DNA of 64,000 bases. It comes from Marsupella aquatica (Eukaryota > Plantae > Marchantiophyta). Each line of letters opens with the position of its first letter. Within the stretch, counting starts at the first letter, position 1. Positions 25,435 through 36,882 of this stretch are shown here, one piece after another. The notes under the pieces are model-generated. The model had not been told where the DNA came from. It searched no databases and saw only the letters and a program-made list of their open reading frames with translations. The DNA is taken from assembly GCA_973895155.1 (NCBI GenBank), contig OZ316892.1:11112420-11176419 (forward strand), given 5' to 3'. A program made the translations under genes and the position numbers.

Positions 25435-25965
25435 TCCCCAAACTAGCGGAATTTACAAAGGTGTCCCCCAAACTATTTTATTTACTAACTTGACCCCCAT
25501 TTTGTGTATGGGCTAGTATTGCCTCACTATACATAACTCAACTCGTCCTCATTGGCATTGGGCCTTCTGCGGTCATGTGGCAAGGCACCATTGGCTGGAG
25601 ATTTACTTGTTGATCTCCCCCTCCCTATGCTCTATTTCAAGGTGAATTTTTTTTTAAAAATTGTTGTTTTCCCAAGTGAAAATTATGTTTGGCTGCACTT
25701 TTCAGCCCGGAAGTTTTGGCTCGCAACATGAGGAAGAGGGAGATATTGGGTTAAGTCCACAGCCAATGGCGCCTCACACCATAGTAGCTGGAGACCCTAC
25801 ATAAATGGCGCCTCGCACCATGGTAGCTGGAGACCCTACACCAATGAGAACAAAACCTGAGTTACATTTATCATGGCAATGCTAATCCACATACGAAATG
25901 GGGTCAGGTTAGTAAATAAATTAGTTTGGGAGACGCCTTAGCCAATTCCGTTAGTTTTGGAGGTT
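25435..25965. mobile_element. Long-TIR foldback (Mutator-like MITE) upstream of TRS120
   Basis: About 160-bp imperfect inverted arms: left CCAAACTAGCGGAATTTACAAAGGTGTCCCCCAAACTATTTTATTTACTAACTTGACCCCCATT versus right reverse complement CAAAACTAACGGAATTGGCTAAGGCGTCTCCCAAACTAATTTATTTACTAACCTGACCCCATT. The right arm has an internal 39-bp duplication. No TSD resolved. Confidence 0.75.
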
Positions 25966-26478
25966 AATGAAAAAGCTGTTGCATTACAGTAGAGGGAATT
26001 ACAGTAGAGGTCCAAATCTCGAAACATCCAGTTGTTGCATTCGCCATTAAAAAAACACAAAGCAATTATGAGAAATGGGTCTCAACCTACGGTAGGTCCT
26101 TCATTTCGAGCTCGTGGAGTGGACTCAGAGTAAAGTTGAACTTGCTGCGGTAAACTAGAATTGTTGGCCCGAGCTCCTTTCCATTTCAAGCGACAATCAA
26201 TGATCTACTGGGATTCTGAGCTCGGGTAGCGGATCGGGAGGATTAATTTTGATCACAGTGCCGCTCTCGATTATGTGCAGAACACCGTGGGGCCGAAGCC
26301 TTGATCGACGCTCATGATGAGTAGCAGAAAGCAAGTGCCAGCGGACACAGAATGAATGGGACTTAGCCAGATCACGAGAGTGCTGGATCCCCGCATCGTA
26401 GTAGTAAGTAGCGCCTCCACAACTTCAAGCGTTTTCCGATCCCGTTGAATATTTTGTGTGGAGTGTGGGCAGCACAGA

Positions 26479-29400
26479 ATGGAGCCGGACGTGAGTATCG
26501 ATGGAGCGAAGATGATCAGAGTGGCTGTTGTGGCGGTAGGCAACATCCCGACTGCACAATTGCGGGATTATGTGTCTTTGGTGGTGCGTCACAAGCGAGT
26601 GGAGCTCAGGACTGTGAGCTCTTTCTACAAAGAGCACCAGAAGAGTCCGTTCATGCGGGAGCCTTGGGACAGTGGTAGCCTGTGGTTTAAATTCTTGGTT
26701 GGAGGGGCGCCTAAGAGTCCGTGGGAGGATTTTCAAGCGAATCGGAAGTGCTTGGGTGTGATCGGACTCTTACATTGTCCCTCATCGGCAGATCTCGGGG
26801 CAGCGTATGATCACTTTATGGCTATCTGTAGAGCTTATCCTTCGGCTCAAGAGAAACGATGTTTCGCCTTTTATCCCCGAGACGATCAGGTACTTGGTCA
26901 TTCCAGTGAACTTAGTTCTGACGTCTTGCGAGCTTTCATTTTCGCCTGGGGTGTTTTGTCTATCAATGGTCCCTGCGATCGGACTCCTGCATTGCCTCTC
27001 ATCGTCAGATCTTGGGGCCACGCATGAGCGCTCTGGTACAACTTGTAGAGCACGTCCTTTTCCCACTAGAGAAGTGCTGCCCAGCTTTCAGCTGAGGTGT
27101 AGTTTTCCTGCTCGTGGTCAGGACTTGGCTTTTTTCTCCCACACTTCTGAGCTTCTTAGATGTCGCGCAAGCGTCTTTCTCACTGCTTAACATATACCTC
27201 TTATTTTATTCCACAATGTTATGGAAATGCTCTACCCTGAAGTTATTTGGGGATTGACTAACGACTTTCTTCTTTGGCCTCTGCACTATTGCAGAAATTC
27301 TGATAGTATCAATGTTGATGAATGACAGGTGGAGTTTGATGAGAAGAAGAGACAGCATTTAGTACTGTTCCCACCGAATCGACAGATGTTGGAATATCAC
27401 ATGCAAACACTGATGCAAGACTTTGGCGCATCTTTGCTCATGGCTTTTGAGTCTTGGGTCCTTCATGCCGAACCCGTGGGAGCCATTTTGCGAACCCCTT
27501 TGGATTCTCAGGCTTCGCTCAATTCTGAAGAGGTTGTTCAAAGCTTTCCACTCCTTTTTCCTTGCACTTGGATTCAATAATCGTCCTGTTGGATTGAATG
27601 AATTGCTCTCCCATAAATGAATTGAGAAATTTGTGCAGGTTAGCAAAGCGAAGAAGAGAAGGTTGGGGCGAATCCAGAAGACCATCGGAGACTACTGCCT
27701 TCTGGCAGGGTCGCCTGCTGATGCCGCCGATCATTATACTACTGCTGTTGACCTTGCAAGGCTCACCGGAGATGTTTTCTGGCACGCTGGAGCTATCGAA
27801 GGCATTGTCTGTGCGCTCCTGGTATGTTTCTATTACCTAATCTTGAATATGTGGGTGTCGTAGCTCCGCGGAGCTCACAGCTGTTACGCCATGTCCGTAA
27901 TCTCAGTATATAATTTGAAGCTATTGGTATTGATTTTTCTGTGAGCTGTGTTCAGGTGGATCGTGCTGGGCAGAAAGATCAGCAGCTGGAGGATGACGTG
28001 AAGTATCGTTACTACGAGGTCATCCAACTCTATCATCGGTGTGCACTCTACTCGAATGAACTTCTGGAATGGCTGAGGTTTCCCTGGAGTTGCAATTAGC
28101 CACCCCTTTCGTAGTATAAGAAAACAGTAAGGGAAGGGCAGTCTAAGTGGCGAGAAATGTGGCAGTGCATATTGTCAACTTGTCCTAATCACGTGTCAAA
28201 CCATCCCTTTTCATGTAAACATTTAGCACTTTGTACCAGGGGAATTGATTTCCTGTTACATTAGACAATTATGATGGCTTATTGCCTTAAACGCACAGTG
28301 AGGCCACTCACCCCCTTAGCTAGGTGCACTTCTTCTGGCTCATAGTACTTATTGGATTTGGAGGAGAGTCACATACGGCTATGAAGGCTTTAAGCATTAG
28401 CCATTATCCAACAAGGAAGATTGTTCCATTTTAATTGTGTGCAGGGAAAGAGCTCTGTCATTTGAGTTGGAGGCAACCTTGAAGCTGGCTCGCTTCCTCT
28501 GCAGGTGTGCATTCAGCCTTGCAAGATTGAGATCATTATCTAGTCCATGAAAGAGTATGAGGCTTGGAGACTTTTGGTACCTTTGGTCCATTCCAGGTTA
28601 AGGATTGCACAGGTAGGGCTTACTGCACTTTCTGAGACAATTGCTTGGTTGAAGCTGAGAGTAAAAGATGTGGAAGCATTCATTCCTTAAACGAACCCGG
28701 CTAGAACCACGGAAGTCTACCTTGGCTGTTTCTAGTCAGAAGCATGTTGAGCTCAATTTGCAAATGGCTCTTATTCCATCCAAGTCACTGGTCTGGTCTG
28801 ACTGTCGTTCACATCTTTGACAACATCGTCTGGATCGGCTTTCTTAAAGAGCTAGTACAGGCATTGTGTCCATCTGTTGTATTGAATGGTCACAACTGTA
28901 TTTGTTTGCCCAGAATGATGAATAGTCCTACAAGTCTCTTTCAATGGATAACTCTGGGGGCCAAATAATATCCTGTACAAATATTGTCAGTTTCGTAATT
29001 CTCTTTTTCTTGATTCCTGTGTCAGGAAAGAGCTTTCAAGGGAGGTTGTCGATCTGTTAATGGGAGCTATAGACGGTTCTCGGGGCTTGATGGATGCAAG
29101 TGACCGTCTTGTACTGAATGTTGAAGTGGCTCGCATATTTGGGGTTCTTGGATATGAAAGAAAAGCTGCTTTCTACCTACGGCAAGTGGCACAACTCTAT
29201 CAGCACCAAGATAGCTGTTGGGCTGCGACGAGTGCTCTTCAAGTTCTTACACTAACTGCAAGGACTTACCGAATTCAAAGCAAGGCAGTCAATAGTGCAA
29301 AAGGGAACACTTTGCTGGATGTAAGTACACAAGAGAGAGACGGTAGGTAGTTGTTTGGTAATACTGGAGTGTTGGTGTTCATTGTCAGCTTATGGGACAA

Positions 29401-32400
29401 ACTGCCCTCTTCACTGCTGTTAGCGTTGCCAAGTAACGAAGCAACGGAAAGGGCAGAATTTTTTTCTGAAGCAGTCAAACCTGCCTACCTACCCTGACAA
29501 GATTTCTAACTAGCAGTCAACTTTAGATCAGCGATTATCTTTAATTTTGTTCCACATAGGGGTCTCAAGTGCTATAACAGGAAGATCATCTTCATGACAT
29601 GGATTGTCCCTTGTTTATCCCTATTCCCTGGAGCAACTTTCTGTATGTTCTCCATGATCATCACTGCATCTGCTTAGGAATATCTTCTCAAATTTTGCGA
29701 TTTAGCCCTTGGTCAATATACTTTAGTCAATCTTGCGATCTATGCCGTCGTGTAAGGCACTTTAGTTTGGTTTGGTTCACGGATATTACAATTGTGTTCT
29801 TCTTCTTAGTTAGTATAATTCATATAGCATACAGATTACTTGAGAGGACTGCTGATATTATTGAACAATGTTGTGCAGCTTTTTCGAGAGTCCGGTGCAC
29901 AGCCAGTGATCAAAGAAAACAAGACGCTCCCTAGACCTTTGGCAGTTGCAGATGGACAATGGAGCACTTTGCAAATGGACATCCTTAGTGACATGCTGGC
30001 TGCTGCAGTGCGAGCTGGAGATCCATTATCTGCCTGGAGTGCAGCTGCACGTTTGGTACGGAGTCACTATCCCCTGATCACGCCTCATGGTCAAGTTGGC
30101 CTGGCAATGGCCCTAACAACTGCTGCAGAGTGTCTTCCTCCGGGTACTCGCTGCTCCGATCCTGCTCTTCCTTTTGTAAGGTTTGTTTCTGCACACACTG
30201 TTTCTTTCCCTTGAGTCAACTACTTGTTAACCTAGTCTTAGTGACGGTGGAGAGCGATTTGTTGGCACGGAGGAGTTCTTTCCTTCTCTTCCAATTGCGG
30301 GCTCTTAATCTGAGTGTCTGTACATATTCTATATGGGCCATTTCAGGTGACAGATTTTAAGGGTTGTTGCTTTCGCTATGGAAATTAGAGGGTTCTCTGC
30401 TTCAGTAAATGATGTCTCTGCAAAGTTTAGAGGCAGTGAGGGTACTAAGACGTAGTCGGGCTTCCAGGGTTCCTTCCTCCAGGATATCCTCAGCCGCTCT
30501 CAGTTTGTTGGTAATTGGAAATTTGGTTGCCAGGAGCTCAATCTTTCTACTTGGGCTTTCTTACTGGTACTTTTAGCAATGATGGGTGCTATTGGGTAAT
30601 TCGCACAAAGATTGCTCTGCCCTTCAGTGCTACTGTGAATTCAGCGTTGATCTTGCTGATAGTAATAGTTGAGGGAACTTCTTGATCTGTTGTCTTGCAG
30701 ACTACATTCGTTCACATGTCTTCCCCGTGAGATGGAAATAGTGAAGAGAGTATCAGAAAAGAAGGACTGGTGGATTGAAGTTTCCTCATCTGGGCCATTT
30801 ATATACACACCGTTTTCATCCAAAGCGATAGCTGCAGACCTTGAATCTGAAGTCATGTGGGTAGTTGGTCAGCCTGTCCAGGTTTTAGTGGCCTTATCCA
30901 ACCCATCTACTTTTGATGTGATTGTGGAGAGCATATGCCTCTCCATAGATTCTGGACATTTTGAGAGTTATCCTGTGACGGTGGTTTTACCTCCAAACTC
31001 ATCACAGGTGCTCACATTATCGGGTATTCCATTATCAGTTGGCCGGTTAGTTGTTCGTGGATGTCTTGTGCAGTGTTTTGGGGTGGTGACGGAGCATTTA
31101 TTCCAAGATGCCGAAGACCTCGTGTCCGCTGTGGTATTAGCCGATCCTTTTAGGAGTGTGGGTGGACATAAAGCTAGCCAGGCTCGACTTGTAGATATTG
31201 TTGTAATTTCTCCATTGCCATTATTAGTAGCTCAGGTTGTTGGGGGAGAGGGTGCAGTTGTCCTTTACGAGGGAGAGGTTCGAGAGATGCAAATAAAGCT
31301 TGCCAATGCTGGAGTCGTTCCCATGGTAGAAGCTACGATAACCTTGGCCGGCAAACAGAAAGAGCATATCTTGTCGTTAGGGCATGAAGTTTTAACGGCG
31401 GCGTTGCCCCTCCTTCCCGGGGCCTCAGTTGTAATTCCTGTGAGATTAAAAGCAGGCCAACCTACCACGGAAGTTAAGACTCTGGGTGCAAAGGGTGATG
31501 GAGCAGTCATTCCCAACAAGGACCCTGCTTCTCCAATGCTGGTCATTTATTATGCAGGTATCACGATATGTCCTGTGCTTTTTATGTTGAAACTGCACGT
31601 TGCAGTTAATTTCCTGAGTTTCAACCATAACACTTGTACCATGGCAGCTGGATTTTGCGATCCATTGCTGAGTTTTATGGAAGCTTCTTTTCTTTCGTTC
31701 TAGGTTTCTTTCTCTGCTTTGAATCCTTTGCGTGAGTAAGATCTGGCTATCTGGGTTTTGTCACAGGCAATATTTAATGATGAGAACTCAAATTGCTGAT
31801 GCTACCGGTATGAATTGCAGGACCGTCCTTGCAAACCAGGGATTACCAGGATCACAACGTCATCTCTACAGAATTGCCTCATGGACGACGACTAACACTT
31901 CCTTTGAAGCTCCATGTGCTACGTGGGTTAAATCTGGTACAAGCACGCTTGCTGTCCATGGAAGTGCCTGCACATATTAGTAGGTCTCTCCCAGATCCAA
32001 TCATCTGTGACCGTTCAGCAAATGATTCATCAAGTAAGCTAGTTAAAATTGATCCCTACAGAGGAAGCTGGGGATTACTACTCCTCGAGCTGGAACTATG
32101 GAATGCTACAGACGTCCTCTTTGAGGTTACTGTGAATGTGAAGAAAGAAGAATTTACAGAGACCACTGAGGCTGCTGATGATTTGCTGGTGAATGATTCT
32201 TTGCTACCAAGTACCAGAATTGATCAGGACCACTCAGCGCGCATTCTTGTGCCTTTAGAAAGGTTCAAGCTTCCAGGCATTGACAAAGCTTTCTTGGCTA
32301 GATCGCTAGCAAGAAATGGTGGGCTGTCGAGACAAGATTCAGATCCTAATGAAAGTTCTGACAGGCGAGCAAAGGCAGAATTGACGGCCACCATTGAAGA

Positions 32401-33326
32401 GTTAAGTTCAAGAATTAGTGTTAAGTGGCACTCAGGTCGAAACAGTGCTGGAGAGCTTCCAATGAAGGAGGCAATTAGAGAAGCATTGCAAGAGTCAGCC
32501 ATTGAAATTCTTCTCCCCGATCCTTTGACTTTTTGGTTCAGATTGGCACGAGATAGCCAACTCTCTTCTGGCAACAGCTCAAAGGTATCAAGAAATGCGG
32601 AAGCAAACCTCGAGAAACAGGATGGAAATGCGGACTGTATTGTAGCTCATGACTTAACTGCAATGGAAATTTTGATACGAAATAACACTAGGGATTCGGT
32701 ATCTATGTCTTTAAGTGTCACTTGTCGAGATGTAACCGGTGCGAGCTGCCTCGGGTCGAGTGGAACTAAGGCAACCGTTCTTTGGGCTGGTATGATCTAA
32801 TTCCCCTTGCTTCTCTGCGTTTCACTTGTAGTGCAGTTGGTGTTTGGGTGTTGTTAAAAACCTGGTGCAAATTGAAGGTTTAAAAAAGGGAAAACTCGCT
32901 TTCCTCTACACTAGCATATCGTTGATAAAGATATTGCAGCCATTGGATATGAGCAATGAGTATGGTTTGCAGTTGTTTTGCTGAAGGTAGCTCGGTGCGG
33001 AGCTGTGTAGAGTTAGTCATATAGAGGTTTGAGTTGTTCAATGAATGCATCTCGTTCTGCCATGTGACTTTTTTGTTTTTTGCGTTATTCTTTCAGGGGC
33101 TTTGAATGGAGTGGATGTGGAGGTCCCAGCTCTGGGTGAAGTAGTTCATGCGTTTGCACTATGCTTCATGGTGCCAGGACAATACACATTATTGGGGGCT
33201 GCCATGATCAATAACCCCAATAGAAGTGTTGCTGCTGAATCGAAGTTACTACTCGTGGAGTCTGGACAAGAGCCACTGTGTTACAGTGGCCCACCCTTCA
33301 CTGTTGATGTTATTGGGACCAGTTGA
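26479..33326 (+). CDS. TRS120: TRAPPII-specific subunit TRS120 / TRAPPC9
   Basis: 10 exons: 26479-26889, 27329-27532, 27639-27821, 27956-28038, 28445-28504, 29026-29320, 29879-30180, 30701-31557, 31821-32789, 33097-33326. Motifs: MEPDVSI..MIRVAV, SSFYKEHQKSPF..PWDSGSL, SPWEDFQANRK, KAKKRRLGRIQKTIGDYCLLAGSPADA, FELEATLKLARFLC, GPFIYTPFS, LVKIDPYRGSWGL..LELELWN, WHSGRNSAGEL. Confidence 0.97.
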
Positions 33327-35609
33327 GTCCCTGGGGTCTTCCAGTAGGAAATTGACTTGTCAACTTGTAATTATGCAAAGTAAATCAAAATTGGGGCCAC
33401 CCAGTCAGCTAGAAAGCCAGTATCTAGGCTGTTATTCTTTTTCTCAAATTGCCCACACTTATGCGTCACAAAGTAGTCACCAACGGTCATTATACGAGCA
33501 GGAAACAGCTACGAGAGGCTGAAAATGGGAAGCCTAAAACTGGGGAACGGACCTTTGATTTCGCAGCAGGAGAATCTGAAGTCCTTCACTTCTGTTAACG
33601 TGTTGCAGCATATTCTGGATGTTTTTGTCGGTTTTGTGCTGTGCCGTTTACTGATAGGGGAGTGCCATGACAAAAGGGCCAGGGTGATACACAAGGGGCT
33701 CCCTTACGAGTTTCTAATCAAATGCCATATACAAGTACAGTTGGAGCTGTTCTGATCAGACTTCATGGCCATATACAGAGGGAAGCACTCATCCTGTTTC
33801 ATAATTCATCGTATGCATTGCTCAACAAAATCAAATCAAGCTCTGTGAAGAGTAGAAACGTAATTGGTTCGAATGAGGGCCTTTTTAGATACAGCAGGTT
33901 CACTATTTGGGAACCATAGAAGAGGTCATATACGTTGGTGAAAAGATGAAAGCCACTTTTCTTATGCTGTGGAAGCCATTTCTAACATCTCCGTCTATCA
34001 ACTGTCTATTTCTTGAAGGTGATCTTCTTAATGTGATTAGATGTTACAATGATTGTACTCCAATCCATCTCAACAATTTCCTTTCCGAATTGTGAAACTA
34101 AGGAAAGTTAGTGACGTGTCAAAGAACTATTGCACACCTTCGGACCAGCTTTGTGTTGTGGCACCTAGCTGTAGTACTGTTTTCACCATGTCACTACAAT
34201 TCCAAAAACTAGCCATTGTGTCAATAACATAGTCAGTCTTCAATTGAAACTCAAAACTGAGTTTTCCACTCACCACTTGGCAGAAATTGAAACTCAACTT
34301 TCACACCTGGACAACTAAGCTTTGGGTAGGTCTCTAGAAGCATATGCCAACCTTAGCAACTAAGTTTTGGGTAAGTCTCTAGAAGCATATATGAGTGAAA
34401 AAGTCTCTAGAAGCATATATGAGTGAAAGTTCAAATAACCCCTTGTCCACCAAACTTACAAATGAACAAAGTGCCTAGTAACAAACTAGCAAAGGACTTT
34501 TCAATGAAAGATGGCACACTCTAGCATGAGTAAAGAAAAATTAAGGACACGTTGAGTGGCTTCTTACTTAAAGTTCAGCCCAAGTGAAATTGGCCATGGC
34601 AAACCAAGGTCCAGCCCAAGTGAATTTGGTCACGGCAAACCAAGACTGTTGACAAGGTCATTTGAGCTGCAGAGTTACTTTGCACTTGCATGACCATGTC
34701 TTGTGATCCAAAGGTGATCTCAATGGAGGTACTAGTACTACTGCAAAGCTAGAGACAAGGTCCCCTAGTCTGGAGTGTGTGTCTAGAGACAAGGTTAATT
34801 ATGCTAAGAAAGACCAGGGCAATGATTCAATAGACCTAAAGGTTTCCTGATTTAATTGGAATTACTTTTGCAACAGGATGGGCCATGTCTGAATGTTGAA
34901 ACCCATCTGAATTCCTTGGTGCAGGGAATGGATTGATTATGGTTATGACACTCTCAAAATCATAAATAAAACACCTCATAATAAGAAGTCATCTATTTCT
35001 CAGTGTTGCCTCCAATGAATTTTCCTGGATTTTTACCTTTAATTTCCAATTTTTCTGATGTTTGACAAAATACTCAATGGGGCTCTGAAACCCTGCTTCC
35101 ATTCTATAACATTTGTTTTCCTCAAATAACAGAGAAGGAAAGGGACAAATTTACCAAAAGGGCCAAAACAATATACAAGTAAAAGCAAAAAAAGTTCCAG
35201 ACACCCAATGAACTCAAAAGAAAAGGGCAAATTAATGCAAACCCAGCAAATCTAGAAGGAGGAAAAACAAGAGATAAAAAATTACCATTGCAACAGTGTG
35301 ATGAGCTAATGCTCCGCATGTAGTGTTACTGTAAGATAACTATTGGTACAGATCTGCCATTGCAATAGTGTAATGAGCTTAGGGTCCCAGTAATTTGCAC
35401 ACAAAAAGCAGCAGCCAGATTTGTAGAAGGAAATGCACTCAAAGATATAACACAACAATCTGGTCTTTCATAGTGTGTAAAAGCTACAAGCTAAGTACAG
35501 TAGATGTTTACCACCAGTGCACTTATAAAAGGTACCCATAGCTCTCATTACCAAGTTTAAGAGTTTCAGGAACGGGCTTGAACTCCACAAAAGAAGGTGG
35601 TGAGTACAT

Positions 35610-35775
35610 AAACTTTTATTGGCAAGTGCTCCACCTTTCATGGTTAGACACTGCCAGGAATGAGGAGTAGTGAGAGAGGGAATGAGGCTTTTTATTTGCA
35701 AGTGCTCCTCCTTTTATGGTGAGACTCTGAAAGAAATGAGTAGTGAGAGAGTGAGTGACGCTTTTATATGGGCAG
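35610..35775. repeat. About 75-bp degenerate tandem repeat upstream of the apyrase gene
   Basis: TTTATT(G/T)GCAAGTGCTCC(A/T)CCTTT(C/T)ATGGT...GAGTAGTGAGAGAG occurs twice, plus a partial third start. Confidence 0.75.
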
Positions 35776-35907
35776 GTGTGGTTTAAGGAGAGGGAAATCA
35801 TAAAACCAGCAGCGTGGGCGCTGTAGCGGACGTGTCCAAAGGTACAGAGAAATACACACCACAACGTGGACGAAGCAACAAAGAGCAGTAGCGGACTAGC
35901 GGTCTAC

Positions 35908-35976
35908 AGTCTGGTCTGGTCTGGTCTGGTCGAAGAGCTAGACGAACGAGACGAAACGAGACGAGACGAGACGAGA

Positions 35977-36010
<34 letters not shown>
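35908..36010. repeat. Compound microsatellite (GTCTG)n-(GACGA)n-(GA)n
   Basis: Directly visible; further (GAAGG)n at about 36250-36290 and (AGAGC)n at about 36360-36390. Confidence 0.95.
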
Positions 36011-36012
<2 letters not shown>

Positions 36013-36882
36013 CGCAATCAATAATTACCATCATCATCATCAGCGTTCTGTCGCAAGATCTGTCGCGAAAAATCGAAAGATTCGTCGCCAAAAGTCGGAA
36101 AAAAGTTCAGATCATCGCGCTCTCATGAAGCCCGGCCCCAAACGCTCGTGAATCTTCTGCAAGATCTGTCGCTCAGAATAGGAGAAGAGCTCGGATCCTC
36201 GCTTCCGTCGAGCTACCTACCAGGAGCACTGGACGTCGGCGTGGTGGCGGAAGGGAAGGGAAGGGAAGGGGGAAGGGAAGGGAAGGGAACGAAGGATGGG
36301 CTGCCACCACCGAACTGCTTCCCTTGTCTTGTGAGACGGACATTCTTCTTCTGTTTAGGAAGCAGAGCAGAGCAGAGCAGAGCAGCGTAGAGCAGAGGAG
36401 AGGAGAGGAGATTATGAGTACTGCGGCGTTGTTGACAGGTTTGACAATGAAGGTATTGATTGTGATGTGAAAGGGGTCGGCAGCAGCTTACAAGGGCAGA
36501 GGAGAGCAGGAGCAGGAGTGGCACATGGAGAGAGGCGAGAAATTGTCGGCAGCCTGGGAAGCAATTGGTCAATTGATCGCGGAGATCCGGCCTGATATTG
36601 GTGAGAGAATATCCATGATCCAGTGCTCTGCCCCAAGGAGGGTGCGTGGGATGCAAGAAGAATCCAAAGCTGTCGTGTAGAGCCGGAGGAGAGTGCTCTT
36701 TGCAAGGCAGGGCTGGCTGGTGGTCTGGTGTTCAATAAAGTAAAGCAGAGTAGGAACGATATTGTTTTGCATGCGGAAGAGTGCGCAGTGGAGGGGAGGG
36801 GAGTGGTGGTACTATCTGGTGAGTGGTATCTGTGAATGTGGCCTAGCAGCGGAGGGCACAGCGAGGGCGAGAATGTGAGAGA

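Noticed and set aside
31265-32574. Antisense ORFs over TRS120 (similar ones overlap MLO, membralin and SNAPC1)
   Set aside because: These are shadow frames of real coding exons.
34315-34650. Short direct repeats (AAGTCTCTAGAAGCATAT; CAGCCCAAGTGAA..TGG..A.GGCAAACCAAG) as a defined element
   Set aside because: Local slippage duplications in degraded intergenic DNA; no termini or TSD could be identified.
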